A stretch of DNA of 64,000 nucleotides, taken from NCBI GenBank assembly GCA_027493545.1, contig JAOSKR010000003.1, positions 117,360 to 181,359 on the forward strand. The letters are read 5' to 3'. The translations under genes were made by a program, and so were the position numbers. The notes under the pieces were generated by a model. It saw only the letters and a list, made by a program, of their open reading frames with translations, was not told the DNA's origin and did not search any database. Below are positions 10,298-19,759 of the stretch, piece after piece. Origin of the DNA: Roseovarius sp. Lineage in GTDB: Bacteria > Pseudomonadota > Alphaproteobacteria > Rhodobacterales > Rhodobacteraceae. Numbering within the stretch: the stretch's first letter is position 1; every line of letters starts with the position of its first letter.

Positions 10298-11520
10298 TCA
10301 CGAGTTGGCCGGGAAACGCGCCTCTGCGTTGGCGAATTCCTCGGGTCGCACGACCTTGATCTCGCCTTCCTGCACCTGCGTGCCGACCGGCGAGGCGCCC
10401 TGGTTCTGGCCGTTCTCGAACCGGGTCGGCCCGTAGGGCATCAGGTGGCCGTCGAACGTCGAGGCGGCGATCGCCTCGATCAGCGCCGCCCGCTCGGCGG
10501 TGCCCGCGCGCTCGAGCGCATCGGCGACCAGCAGGACGTTGGAGTAGTTCAGCGGCGTGTTGTAGGCCCAGGTCGCGCCCTGTTCGTGAACCCGCGCGAT
10601 CAGTTCGTCATTCCGGGGTTGCGCGGATCCTGCCAGTGGTTGACGTCCATGATGCCCTCGGCCGCGTCCGGAAACTCGGAGACGAAGCGCGGGTTCGAGG
10701 CGGCACCGTTCAGCACCGAATAGACCGCCATCGGCCGCACGCGCTGCTGCTGCATGGTCCGTGCCAGCAGCACCGTTTCGCCGTAGTAGGTGCTGGGGAT
10801 CACCAGGTCGGGATTGAGCGAGCGCAGGCGCAGCGCCACGTTCGACAGATCGCGCGCGGGCGTCGGGATCGCGATCCGCTCGACGATCTCGAAACCGTGC
10901 TGCGGCAGCTCCTTTTCCATCAGGTCCGACAGGCCGGTGCCGAACAGCCCGTCCTCGTGAACCAGCGCGATGGTCTTTGCGGGCTTGCCCGTGGCCTCGT
11001 TGAGCGCGACCAAGGTTGCCGATGGCGAACTTGGTGCAGATCGCGAAGCCCGGCGCGAAGCGGAAGGTGTTGGTCAGGCCGCGCGAGGTGATCTTGTCGG
11101 AGACGCCCACATCGACCATGTAGGCCAGATCGTAGCGCGAGGCGGCCCGGCTGGCGGCCAGGCAGATCGGGCTGGCAAAGCCGCCGACGATGGCCGCGAC
11201 GCCCACCGACTGCATCCGCTCGACCTCCTGCACCCCGGCCTCGGGGTTCGAGCGCGCGTCGCCGAACACCATTTCGAGTTTGGCGCCGCCCAGCGCCTTG
11301 ATGCCGCCCGCGGCGTTGATGTCCGCGATCGCCATCTCGGCGCCGCGGCGCCCCAGTTCACCGTCCTGGGCCAGTGCGCCGGTTACCGGCTGCAGGATGC
11401 CCAGCTTGACGGGGTCGGGCTCGGCCCCCAGAGGATCGAGGGGGTGGCCAGCGCGGTGGCGGCGGCGGTGGCGGCGCCTCCGCGCAGCAGCTGACGGCGG
11501 TTCGGTCTGAATGTGGTCAT
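10298..11520 (-). pseudogene. ABC transporter periplasmic substrate-binding protein (LivK/amide-urea type, Tat signal), about three frameshifts
   Basis: The ATG at 11520 follows AAGGGAGA. MTTFRPNRRQLLRGGAATAAATALA is a twin-arginine signal. The body is spread over ORFs 10298..11335 and 10600..11013 (…DINAAGGIKALGGAKLEMVFGD…IALVHEDGLFGTG…). Junctions are near 11430, 11015 and 10605. Confidence 0.75.
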
Positions 11521-11569
11521 TTGTCTTCTCCCTTTGATGCTTGGTTCGTCCATTCTGCGGACCCGGACG

Positions 11570-13015
11570 TCATGGCGCCCCGGTCCCTCGCGCCCGTGGC
11601 ACGACGCGAGGCGCCCGGGCCGATCCGATATCGGGCGCCGGGGCGGAGCACGGCACGGCCCGTCCGGCGAGCCAGCCCAGCACCGCGGCGGCAAGCAGGC
11701 CGTTTCCCGAAAGATAGCCATCGTCGCCTTGCCCCGATACACCGCAGGCGGCACCGCCGGCGGCAAGGAGGTTGGGCAGCGGTCGGCCCTCGGCATCCAC
11801 CACCCGCGCGTCCGCGTCGACCTCGAGCCCGCCCCGGGTGTGAAAGAGCGCACCGGTCACCTTGACCCCGCAATAGGGCGGCGTCAGCGGTGGTGTCGTG
11901 GAAAAATCGCGCCCGAATGTATCGGCGCCCTCGCGCGGCAGCCCGGCGAGGGTCTCGGCCAGCGCCTCGGCCGGCAGCCCCAGCGCCCCGGCCAGCCCCT
12001 CGGCGGTATCGGCGCGGCGGATGGCTCCCTGCGCCTCGGCGGTCCGGAAATCCTCGAACTGGCGGGCGATGCCGGCGATGCGGTCGTCGAAGATCGCCCA
12101 GGCCACGCCTCCGGGCTGGGCCAGCACATGGCGCGCGGCCTCGGAATAGCCGTTCGATTCGTCCCAGAAACGGCGGCCTTCGGCATTCACCTGCACACCA
12201 CCCTCGGTCATCGTGGCCCGGGTGATCAGGATGCCGTGGGGCTGGGCAACGTTACCGTGGCCCTGATAGGCGCCCAGGTGCCGCGCCCGGCCGCCCAGCG
12301 CGGTGCCCCAGTCGAGCGCGTCGCCGGTGTTGCCGCCATGGCCGAACCATAGCGCATCGGCGATCTCGGGCATGTGTGCGCGCACCATCTCCCGGTTGCC
12401 GCCGAAACCGTTGCAGGCCAGGATCACGCGCCCCGCGCCGACGCTCTCGGCACGGCTGTCGGGGCGCTCGAAGCTGGCGCCGGTCACGTGCCGGCCCTCG
12501 GCGTGCAGGGTGGTCACCCGCGCCTCGCACAGGATGTCGATGCCCAGCGCCTCGCAACGGCCGCGCAGCGCGTCGACCAGTTCGCGCCCGGCACGGCTGG
12601 GCAGCCCGTGCATGCGCCGGCGCGAATGGCCCGGATAGTCGAAGCCCTCGACCACGCTGAAGGGCAGCCCGTGGGTGTCGCTTAGCCAGCCGATAACCCG
12701 CGCGGCGTTTCCCGCCAGCAGCGCCACCAGGTCGGGGTCGTTCTGGCCGTGGGCCTTGCGCTGGATGTCGGCGGCGAAACAGTCCGGGTCGTCGTCGATG
12801 CCGGCGGCGCGCTGCTGGGCGGTGCCGGCGGCGGGGATCAGCCCGGCCGACAGCGCGGTCGAACCCGAGGGCATCGCGTCGCGCTCGAGCACCAGCACCG
12901 TCTGCCCGGCCTCGTGCGCGGCGAGCGCGGCAATCAGCCCGGCGGCGCCGGCGCCAACGACGAGCGTGTCGACCTCGAAGGGAAAGCTGTCCGGGTTTTG
13001 CGCGATCCGGCCCAT
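11570..13015 (-). CDS. FAD-dependent oxidoreductase (fumarate reductase / succinate dehydrogenase flavoprotein-like, KsdD/TcuA-like)
   Basis: 481-aa ORF with dinucleotide fold DTLVVGAGAAGLIAALAAHEAG and later ...GGLEVDADARVVD...PNLLAAGGAA... The C-terminal ~30 aa look odd and may hide another frame problem. Confidence 0.75.
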   Translation of the reverse strand: MGRIAQNPDSFPFEVDTLVVGAGAAGLIAALAAHEAGQTVLVLERDAMPSGSTALSAGLIPAAGTAQQRAAGIDDDPDCFAADIQRKAHGQNDPDLVALLAGNAARVIGWLSDTHGLPFSVVEGFDYPGHSRRRMHGLPSRAGRELVDALRGRCEALGIDILCEARVTTLHAEGRHVTGASFERPDSRAESVGAGRVILACNGFGGNREMVRAHMPEIADALWFGHGGNTGDALDWGTALGGRARHLGAYQGHGNVAQPHGILITRATMTEGGVQVNAEGRRFWDESNGYSEAARHVLAQPGGVAWAIFDDRIAGIARQFEDFRTAEAQGAIRRADTAEGLAGALGLPAEALAETLAGLPREGADTFGRDFSTTPPLTPPYCGVKVTGALFHTRGGLEVDADARVVDAEGRPLPNLLAAGGAACGVSGQGDDGYLSGNGLLAAAVLGWLAGRAVPCSAPAPDIGSARAPRVVPRARGTGAP

Positions 13016-13018
13016 GCC

Positions 13019-13879
13019 TCAGCCCTCCTCATAGGCGCGGCCCTCGGCCAGCAGCGTCTCGGTGCCGATCACCCCGTTGAGGCCCGAGAAATCGAACATC
13101 CGGTCGGCGAAGGGCCGGTTGGTGCCGTGGGCATGAAGGCTGGCGTAATAGTCCTGCGCCGTGCGCGCCAGCGCGCGCACGATGCCGCCCGGGAAGATCA
13201 CGATGGAAAAGCCCGCCGCCTCGAGATCGGCGGCCGAGCGGATCGGCGTGGCGCCGCCCTCGACCATGTTGGCCAGAAGCGGGATGCGCCCGCCGAAACG
13301 GTCGGTGATGCCGGCCAGTTCCCGCGCCGAGCGCGGCGCCTCGATGAAGAGCACGTCGGCACCGGCCTCGATATAGCGTTCGGCGCGGGCGCAGGCGTCG
13401 TCAAATCCCTCGACGGCGATGGCGTCGGTGCGGGCAATGATCAGCGTCTCGCGGCTGGCGCGGGCATCGGCCATGGCAGCGATCTTGCCGGCCATCTCGG
13501 CGGCCGGGATCAGCGACTTGTCCGACAGGTGCCCGCAGCGCTTGGGAAAGGTCTGGTCCTCGATCTGCAGCGCGCTGGCGCCGGCGCGCTCGTAGACGCG
13601 CATGGTGCGCGCGGCATTCAATGCATTGCCAAAGCCGGTATCGGCGTCGATGATCACCGGCAGATCGACCCGGTCGCGGATCAGCGCCATGGTGTCGGCC
13701 ATCTCGGACATGGTCGAGAGCCCGATATCGGGCCGGCCCAGCCGGGTATAGGCCACCGCCGCCCCCGAGAGATAGAGCAGCTCGAATCCCGCCTCGGCCG
13801 CCATTGCCGCGGTCAGTCCGTCATAGACCCCCGGCGCGATCGCGATCCGGTCCGAGGCGAGGCGGGCGCGCAGGCTCAT
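13019..13879 (-). CDS. isocitrate lyase / PEP mutase superfamily enzyme (methylisocitrate-lyase / carboxyvinyl-carboxyphosphonate phosphorylmutase-like)
   Basis: MSLRARLASDRIAIAPGVYDGLTAAMAAEAGFELLYLSGAAVA...IIDADTGFGNA...ALQIEDQTFPKRCGHL... are hallmark blocks. The ATG at 13879 overlaps the upstream stop (ATGA). Confidence 0.8.
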   Translation of the reverse strand: MSLRARLASDRIAIAPGVYDGLTAAMAAEAGFELLYLSGAAVAYTRLGRPDIGLSTMSEMADTMALIRDRVDLPVIIDADTGFGNALNAARTMRVYERAGASALQIEDQTFPKRCGHLSDKSLIPAAEMAGKIAAMADARASRETLIIARTDAIAVEGFDDACARAERYIEAGADVLFIEAPRSARELAGITDRFGGRIPLLANMVEGGATPIRSAADLEAAGFSIVIFPGGIVRALARTAQDYYASLHAHGTNRPFADRMFDFSGLNGVIGTETLLAEGRAYEEG

Positions 13880-14490
13880 GACCCATCCCCGATCATCGCG
13901 GCCGCCTCGGCGCAGGTCATCACGCGGGTGACCGAGCCCAGCGAGATCAACGTCGCCTCGTGCACCTCGTCGCTGAAGGCGGCGCAGCCATCCGACAGCA
14001 GGATCGTCCCGATGCCGCGCAGATGCGCGTCGCGCACGGTGCTGGCGACGCCGCCATTGGTGACGATGCCGCCGATGATCAGCGTATCGACCCCGATCGC
14101 GCCCAGAACCCATTCCAGCCGGGTCTGGTAGAAGGCGGAATAGTTGATCTTCTCGACAGTGAAATCGGCCGGTTTCAGCGCATCGACAAGGTCGTGACCG
14201 AAGGCGCCCGGCTCGAAATCGCCGCGCGTCAGGAACGGCCGCAGCGCCTTGAGGTGCGGCGCGATCAGCGGCTCCCCCCGGGGGCGCGGGACCAGCGTGA
14301 ACTGGGCCGAGACATAGTGCCCGCCGTGCCCGCGCAGCGCCGCGATCACCGGCGCGATGCGGCCGGGCAGGGGCGCGATCGCGGGCGAGGACTGGCCGGC
14401 CCGGCCGTAGGCGCCCTGCGGGTGAAGGAAATCGTTCTGCAGGTCAATCGTCAGCACCGCGCTGCGGCCGGGATCGAAGGTGTCGCTCAT
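13876..14490 (-). CDS. isochorismatase-family cysteine hydrolase (amidase-like)
   Basis: MSDTFDPGRSAVLTIDLQNDFLHPQGAY...TLIIGGIVTNGGVASTVRDA... (D-K-C type family blocks). ATGA overlaps on both sides. Confidence 0.8.
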   Translation of the reverse strand: MSDTFDPGRSAVLTIDLQNDFLHPQGAYGRAGQSSPAIAPLPGRIAPVIAALRGHGGHYVSAQFTLVPRPRGEPLIAPHLKALRPFLTRGDFEPGAFGHDLVDALKPADFTVEKINYSAFYQTRLEWVLGAIGVDTLIIGGIVTNGGVASTVRDAHLRGIGTILLSDGCAAFSDEVHEATLISLGSVTRVMTCAEAAAMIGDGS

Positions 14491-16547
14491 GTCCTGGCCT
14501 CGATGATGACGTTGCCAAAGGCGTCGACGGTGCCCTTCAGCTCGGGTTCGATGAGAATGGTCGTGTCGGGCTGCTCGAGGATTGCCGGCCCGTCGATCAC
14601 CGCACCAACCGGCAGGTCGAGCCGGGCATAGATGGCGGTGTCGTGCCACTGTCCGTCGAAATAGACCTGTCGGGTCGCCTGGCGCGCATCCTCGGCGCTG
14701 CCGGCAGTGGCGGGGGCGAGGCTCTTGAGGTCGAACTTGGGCCGCTCGCCGATCACCGCGCTGCGCAGGTTCATCACCCGGCGCACGCCCTTGTCGAGGA
14801 GCCGGCCATAGGTGCCCCGGTAGGCGGCGTCGAACGCTTCGGCGATCCCGGCGCGGGTGGGCGGCGTGACGATGCCGTCCTCGACGGTGACCGGCAGCGG
14901 CACCGCAACGGTGTGGGTCTGGCCGATATAGGCCATGTCCAGCTCGAAGCGCGCGACGCGGCGGTCGAACCGGGTGCCGGAGGCGTCGAGCACCGCCATG
15001 CCGTCGTCGTGGTGGCGCTGCATCAGCGCGCCGAGCGCCGCCTCGTCCACCGCATCGACCAGTGCGTTGACGGTCTGCACGAAATCCTGCCGCATGTCGG
15101 CGATGACGCAGCCCATGGCGCTGGTGACGCCGGGATAGCGCGGCACCAGTGCACGGCCGAGGCCGACATCGGCGAGCATCGCCCCGGCATGGAGCGCGCC
15201 GCCGCCGCCGAAGGGCATGAAGGTAAAGCGCCGCGGATTGAAGCCGCGCTCGATGCTGACCAGGCGGATGGCGCCGGCCATCCGGGCATTGGCGACGCGC
15301 AGAATGGCCTCGGCCGCCTCCAGCATGCCAAGTCCCAGCGGCGTGCCGACATGGGCCTCGATGGCGCGCGCGGCGGCATCCACATCCAGCCGCTCGAGCG
15401 CGCCGATGGGGCTCCGGGCGTCGATGCGGCCCAGCACCACGTTGGCGTCCGTCACCGTGGGCCGGTCGTTGCCGCGCCCGTAGGCCACCGGGCCGGGATT
15501 GCTGCCCGCGCTTTCGGGGCCGATGTTGAGCAGCCCGCCCTTGTCCACCCACGCGATCGAGCCGCCGCCGGCCCCGATGGTCGCGATCTCGATCATCGGC
15601 GAGCGCACCACCATGCCGAAATCGAGCGAGGTCTGCGCCGCCAGCATCGACTGCCCGCCCGAAATCAGCGCCACGTCGAAGCTGGTGCCGCCGACATCGC
15701 CGGTGATGACATCGTCAAAGCCCGCGCTTTGGGCGATGTAGCCGGCCGCGATCACGCCCGCCGCCGGTCCCGACAGTGTGGTTCGGATCGGCAGGCGGCT
15801 GGCCATGTCAACGTCCATCACCCCGCCATTCGACTGCACGATCATGAATTCGCCGCCAAAGCCGTCGCGGGTCAGCCCATCCTCGAGCCGCTGGATATAA
15901 CCCGACACCTCGGGTTGCAGGTAGGCGTTGAGCGTGGTGGTCGAAAACCGTTCGAACTCGCGGATCTCGGGCAGGATCTCGGAGGAGGCCGAGACGTGCG
16001 GGTTGGGCCAGATCGCGCGCAACACCTCGACCGCGCGGGTCTCGTTTTCGGGGTTGGCATAGGCATTGGCGAAAAGCACCGCCACCGCGGCGCAGCCCGC
16101 GTCGAGCAGCTCCCGCCCGGCGGCGCGCACCGCGGCGAGGTCGACCGCCTGACGCACGGTGCCGTCGGCCAGGGTGCGCTCGGGCACCTCGAGCCGCAGT
16201 TCACGCGGGACTACCGGCACGAAATCGCCGCGCAGCCCCCAGGTGCGCGGCCGGTCGCGGCGGCGCATCTCGAGCACGTCGCGCAGACCTTGCGTGGTGA
16301 TGACGCCGATACGCGCACCCTTGCGTTCGAGCAGGGCGTTGGTACCGGTGGTGGTCCCGTGGACGACCACCGACAGGTCGGCGGCGTCCCCGGCCAGTTC
16401 GTCGATGCCGGCAAGAAAGCCGCCGGACTGGTCCGGGCGGGTGGTGGCCACCTTGGTCACGCGCGCGTCGCCGGTCGCCTCGTCGAGCATGAAGACATCC
16501 GTGAAGGTGCCGCCGACGTCGACGCCGATCATCCTGCTGCCGCTCAT
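14487..16547 (-). CDS. hyuA: hydantoinase A / oxoprolinase-family ATP-dependent amidohydrolase, A subunit
   Basis: MSGSRMIGVDVGGTFTDVFMLDE...VVHGTTTGTNALLERKGA...GDVGGTSFDVALI... 687 aa within ORF 14487..16949. The ATG at 16547 overlaps the hyuB stop. Confidence 0.85.
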   Translation of the reverse strand: MSGSRMIGVDVGGTFTDVFMLDEATGDARVTKVATTRPDQSGGFLAGIDELAGDAADLSVVVHGTTTGTNALLERKGARIGVITTQGLRDVLEMRRRDRPRTWGLRGDFVPVVPRELRLEVPERTLADGTVRQAVDLAAVRAAGRELLDAGCAAVAVLFANAYANPENETRAVEVLRAIWPNPHVSASSEILPEIREFERFSTTTLNAYLQPEVSGYIQRLEDGLTRDGFGGEFMIVQSNGGVMDVDMASRLPIRTTLSGPAAGVIAAGYIAQSAGFDDVITGDVGGTSFDVALISGGQSMLAAQTSLDFGMVVRSPMIEIATIGAGGGSIAWVDKGGLLNIGPESAGSNPGPVAYGRGNDRPTVTDANVVLGRIDARSPIGALERLDVDAAARAIEAHVGTPLGLGMLEAAEAILRVANARMAGAIRLVSIERGFNPRRFTFMPFGGGGALHAGAMLADVGLGRALVPRYPGVTSAMGCVIADMRQDFVQTVNALVDAVDEAALGALMQRHHDDGMAVLDASGTRFDRRVARFELDMAYIGQTHTVAVPLPVTVEDGIVTPPTRAGIAEAFDAAYRGTYGRLLDKGVRRVMNLRSAVIGERPKFDLKSLAPATAGSAEDARQATRQVYFDGQWHDTAIYARLDLPVGAVIDGPAILEQPDTTILIEPELKGTVDAFGNVIIEART

Positions 16548-18238
16548 CGGGCCACCTCTTTCCATCCGGCACCATAGCTGGCGGTTGCGGCCTCGGCGCT
16601 GAGATAGCCGGCGGCGACATCGCGGGCCACGGCCTCGGGCGGGCGTTCGCTGGCCGGGCCGTAGCCGCCTCCGCCCGGGGTCTCCAGCCGCACCGAGTGG
16701 CCACCATCGAGCCGGATGCCGCGCATCTTCGATGCCAGCGGCGGATGGTGCCAGCCATCGGCCTGCTCGAAGGAAAAGACGTTGAGCGCCGCGTCGCCGC
16801 CGCCCGCCACCCCCTTGGGGGCAAAGCGGCCGCGCTCGCCGAAGAGAAACGCCTCGGCGCCGTTCTCTTCCAGCACCTCGATCTCGTAGATCGCGCCGAG
16901 ACCGCCACGGTGCCGGCCGGCGCCGGCGCTGTCGGGGCGCAGCGCCCATTGCCGGAACATCACCGGATAGGCCGCCTCGAGGATTTCCAGCGGCGGGATG
17001 GTGGCGGTCGAGATCGGGGCGTTGCCGTGGTTGAGCCCGTCCGAATCGGACGAACCGCCATGCCCGCCGCCGTAGAAGCTGAACATCACCCAGGGGCTGC
17101 CGTCCGAGCGCCGCCCGGCGATCGAAAGCGCGTTGATGGTACCATAGGCGTTGGCGACCACGCGCTCGGGCGCGGCCTGAGCGGCTGCGGCAAAGATCAC
17201 GTCGATCATGCGCAGGATGGTCTCGGTATAGCCGCCGGTGGGCTTTGGAAACTCGGCCGCGAGCAGCGATCCCTCGGGGATCCGTACCTCGATCGGGCGC
17301 ATCACCCCGGCATTGGCAGGCAGCGACGGGAAGATGTGCTTGATCGCCACATAGGCGGTCGCCACCGCCGTCGGCAGCGCGATATTGACCGGGCCCTGCG
17401 TCACCGGCGCGGTGCCCTCGAAATCGAGCACCATGCGGTCCCCCTTGATCTCCAGCGCCACGCGGATCGGCAGCGGCGTGTCGGTGATGCCGTCATTGTC
17501 GAGGAAATCCCCGGCTTCCCAGCGGCCGTCAGGCAGCGCCGACAGCTCGGCCCGCATCAGCGTCTCGGCCCGCCGGCCCATCGCGTCGAGCGCGGCCGCG
17601 ACGGTTTCGGCGCCGTATTCGTCGAGTACCGAGTCGAGACGGCGCACGCCGAGATCGAGCGCGTTCATCTGCCCGTTCAGGTCACCCGTCGCCGACTGCG
17701 GCAGGCGGGTGTTGCGCATGATGATGTCGATGATGTCGGGCTGCACCTCGCCGGCCCGAACCAGCCGCACCGGCGGCAGCACGAACGCCTCCTGGAACGC
17801 CTCGGTCGCCGCCGGATTGTAGTTGCCCGGAACGTTGCCGCCGACATCGTGCCAGTGCCCGACGCTGGCGAGGTAGCAAAAGAGCTTGCCGTCGCGGAAA
17901 TAGGGCCGCACCAGGCGCATGTCCGACAGGTGGGTGCCGCCGATATGGGCATCGTTGAAGATCCACACGTCGCCGTCGTTCAGCTCGCCGCGCTCGGCGG
18001 CCTTCTCGATCACCGCCTTGACCGCAAAGGCCATGACGCCGACAAAAATCGGCAGCCCGGACTTGCCCTGCACCAGCGTATCGCCGGTCTCGGCGTGATA
18101 AAGCCCGTGGCTGGCGTCATGCGCCTCGGCGATGATCGGGTTGAAGGCCGAGCGGAACAGCGTCGCGTCCATCTCGTCGGCGATCTGCTCCATCCGGCCG
18201 GTCAGCACGGCCAGGGTGATCGGGTCGATCTCAGTCAC
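16544..18238 (-). CDS. hyuB: hydantoinase B / oxoprolinase-family subunit
   Basis: GTG start at 18238 (GTGA overlap with the upstream stop). VTEIDPITLAVLTGRMEQIADEMDATLFRSAFNPIIAEAHDAS...GGHGGSSDSDG...GGGGYGP... is typical HyuB. Confidence 0.85.
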   Translation of the reverse strand: MTEIDPITLAVLTGRMEQIADEMDATLFRSAFNPIIAEAHDASHGLYHAETGDTLVQGKSGLPIFVGVMAFAVKAVIEKAAERGELNDGDVWIFNDAHIGGTHLSDMRLVRPYFRDGKLFCYLASVGHWHDVGGNVPGNYNPAATEAFQEAFVLPPVRLVRAGEVQPDIIDIIMRNTRLPQSATGDLNGQMNALDLGVRRLDSVLDEYGAETVAAALDAMGRRAETLMRAELSALPDGRWEAGDFLDNDGITDTPLPIRVALEIKGDRMVLDFEGTAPVTQGPVNIALPTAVATAYVAIKHIFPSLPANAGVMRPIEVRIPEGSLLAAEFPKPTGGYTETILRMIDVIFAAAAQAAPERVVANAYGTINALSIAGRRSDGSPWVMFSFYGGGHGGSSDSDGLNHGNAPISTATIPPLEILEAAYPVMFRQWALRPDSAGAGRHRGGLGAIYEIEVLEENGAEAFLFGERGRFAPKGVAGGGDAALNVFSFEQADGWHHPPLASKMRGIRLDGGHSVRLETPGGGGYGPASERPPEAVARDVAAGYLSAEAATASYGAGWKEVAR

Positions 18239-18798
18239 AAGGCACCTTTCGTTTCGGCGAGGTCGTTCCAGACGTCCTGTCTGACGATCAGCCCGCCGGT
18301 CAGCTCGAATCGGTCGACAAACCGGATGCCGGCGAAGGGTGTGCCGTCGGGCCAGTGGCCCGAGAGCGTGCCCCGGCAATAGACAACCGTGGCATCGCCA
18401 TCCTGGCAGGCGTCGAACCCGGCATAGACCTTGGCGATGTCGCGGTAGCGGGTGCGCGCCTGGTCGACGAGGTCCGACAGGCGCGTCATCGGCGCGGCGC
18501 CGGGGAAATGCATGGTGAAACCCTCGCCCAGGAACGCGCCCGCAGCGTCGAGGTCGCGGGCGGCCATGGCGTCGAGAAAGGCGCGCACGGTGTCGACCGG
18601 GTCCGGCAGGACGGGGGCGGGGCTGCGGGCGATGCCGCCGCGGATGTAATTGCCCGGTGCGGCCTCGCGGGTGATGACGGTCACCAGATCGGCCGGTGCC
18701 GGCACGACCATGCGCACCGCATCGGTTACGGCCCGCGCGAGACGTGTCCGCACGTCTGTGTCGTAGCCCTCTATCAAAGTGATCTCGACGACCGGCAT
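18235..18798 (-). CDS. fusion protein: 4-oxalocrotonate-tautomerase-like domain + SnoaL/NTF2-like domain; first gene of the operon
   Basis: ATG at 18798 is preceded by GGAGGGGA. MPVVEITLIEGYDTDVRTRLARAVTDAV is the Pro-1 tautomerase motif. It is followed by VDTVRAFLDAMAARDLDAAGAFLGEGF...FVDRFELTGGLIVRQDVWND, which is NTF2-like. Confidence 0.7.
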   Translation of the reverse strand: MPVVEITLIEGYDTDVRTRLARAVTDAVRMVVPAPADLVTVITREAAPGNYIRGGIARSPAPVLPDPVDTVRAFLDAMAARDLDAAGAFLGEGFTMHFPGAAPMTRLSDLVDQARTRYRDIAKVYAGFDACQDGDATVVYCRGTLSGHWPDGTPFAGIRFVDRFELTGGLIVRQDVWNDLAETKGAL

Positions 18799-18840
18799 GA
18801 AATCCCCTCCAAAACCTGTCATACGAAAGATACCGAAATC

Positions 18841-18871
18841 GGGCAATATAAATTTGCATTTCATGATTGCC
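18841..18871. promoter_or_regulatory. candidate GntR/HutC operator in the divergent promoter region
   Basis: Perfect 7-bp inverted repeat GGGCAAT (18841-18847) / ATTGCCC (18865-18871) around an AT-rich spacer. It lies between the divergent starts at 18798 (-) and 18938 (+). Confidence 0.35.
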
Positions 18872-18937
18872 CAAGTAACAATCCCACTCAACGCCAGCCT
18901 GGCGCTGGTTTCCAGAGGAACACCAACCGGGATCGCC

Positions 18938-19759
18938 ATGGACAAGAACGGCCCTCATTCATCGCCCGGCGGCGGCAAGTTCACCCTGCCCGAGGGTGGG
19001 AAATCGCGCCGGGTTTTCCTGTTGCTGCGCGACGCCATCGCCGGCGGCCAGTACCCCGCCGACAGCCTTCTGCCCAGCGAACAGCGGCTGGCGGCAATGC
19101 ACGACGTCTCGCGCGTGACCGTCCGCCGCGCGCTCGATGCGCTGGCCGCCGACGGGCTGATCGAGAAGCGGGCCGGCGCGGGCTCGGCGGTGCGTGCGGC
19201 GGTGCCGGCCATGGCCGCAGACATGACGACCTTCATCCCGCAGATCGTGGCGATGGGCCGGCAGACCGAGGTCCGGCTGCTGTCGTTTTCCTATGACGAG
19301 GCACCGCCGCAGGTGGCCGCGGCGCTGAAGCTGGCCAGGGGCGCGCTGGTGCAGCGGGCAGTGCGCATCCGTCTGGTGCGCGGGCGGCCCTTTTCGCACC
19401 TGACCACCTTCGTTCCCGAGGCGATCGCGAGCAACTTCTCCGAGGCCGATCTGGCCAACACGCCGCTCTTCGAGTTGCTCGAGCGTGGCGGCGCGCGTAT
19501 CGAATCGGCACGGCAATCCGTGACCGCGGCACTGGCCACGCCCGAGGTGGCGCCGGCGCTCGGGGTCTCGGTGGGCTCGGCGCTGCTGGCGCTGACACGG
19601 ACGGTCTACGACGATGCCGGGCGCGGGATCGAGTATCTGTCGGCGCTCTATCGCCCCGACCTCTTCCGGCTCGACATGGCCATGGCTCGCGTCGGCACCG
19701 GCGGCGGCCGCCAGTGGCAGCCCGTCATCGGCGGGGCAAGCGAGGAGACACCGTCATGA
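18938..19759 (+). CDS. GntR-family (HutC/UTRA subfamily) transcriptional regulator
   Basis: MDKNGPH...LLPSEQRLAAMHDVSRVTVRRALDALAADGLIEKRAGAGSAV (winged HTH) followed by a UTRA-like C-terminal domain. Its stop overlaps the leuC-like start (ATGA). Confidence 0.8.
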   Translation: MDKNGPHSSPGGGKFTLPEGGKSRRVFLLLRDAIAGGQYPADSLLPSEQRLAAMHDVSRVTVRRALDALAADGLIEKRAGAGSAVRAAVPAMAADMTTFIPQIVAMGRQTEVRLLSFSYDEAPPQVAAALKLARGALVQRAVRIRLVRGRPFSHLTTFVPEAIASNFSEADLANTPLFELLERGGARIESARQSVTAALATPEVAPALGVSVGSALLALTRTVYDDAGRGIEYLSALYRPDLFRLDMAMARVGTGGGRQWQPVIGGASEETPS

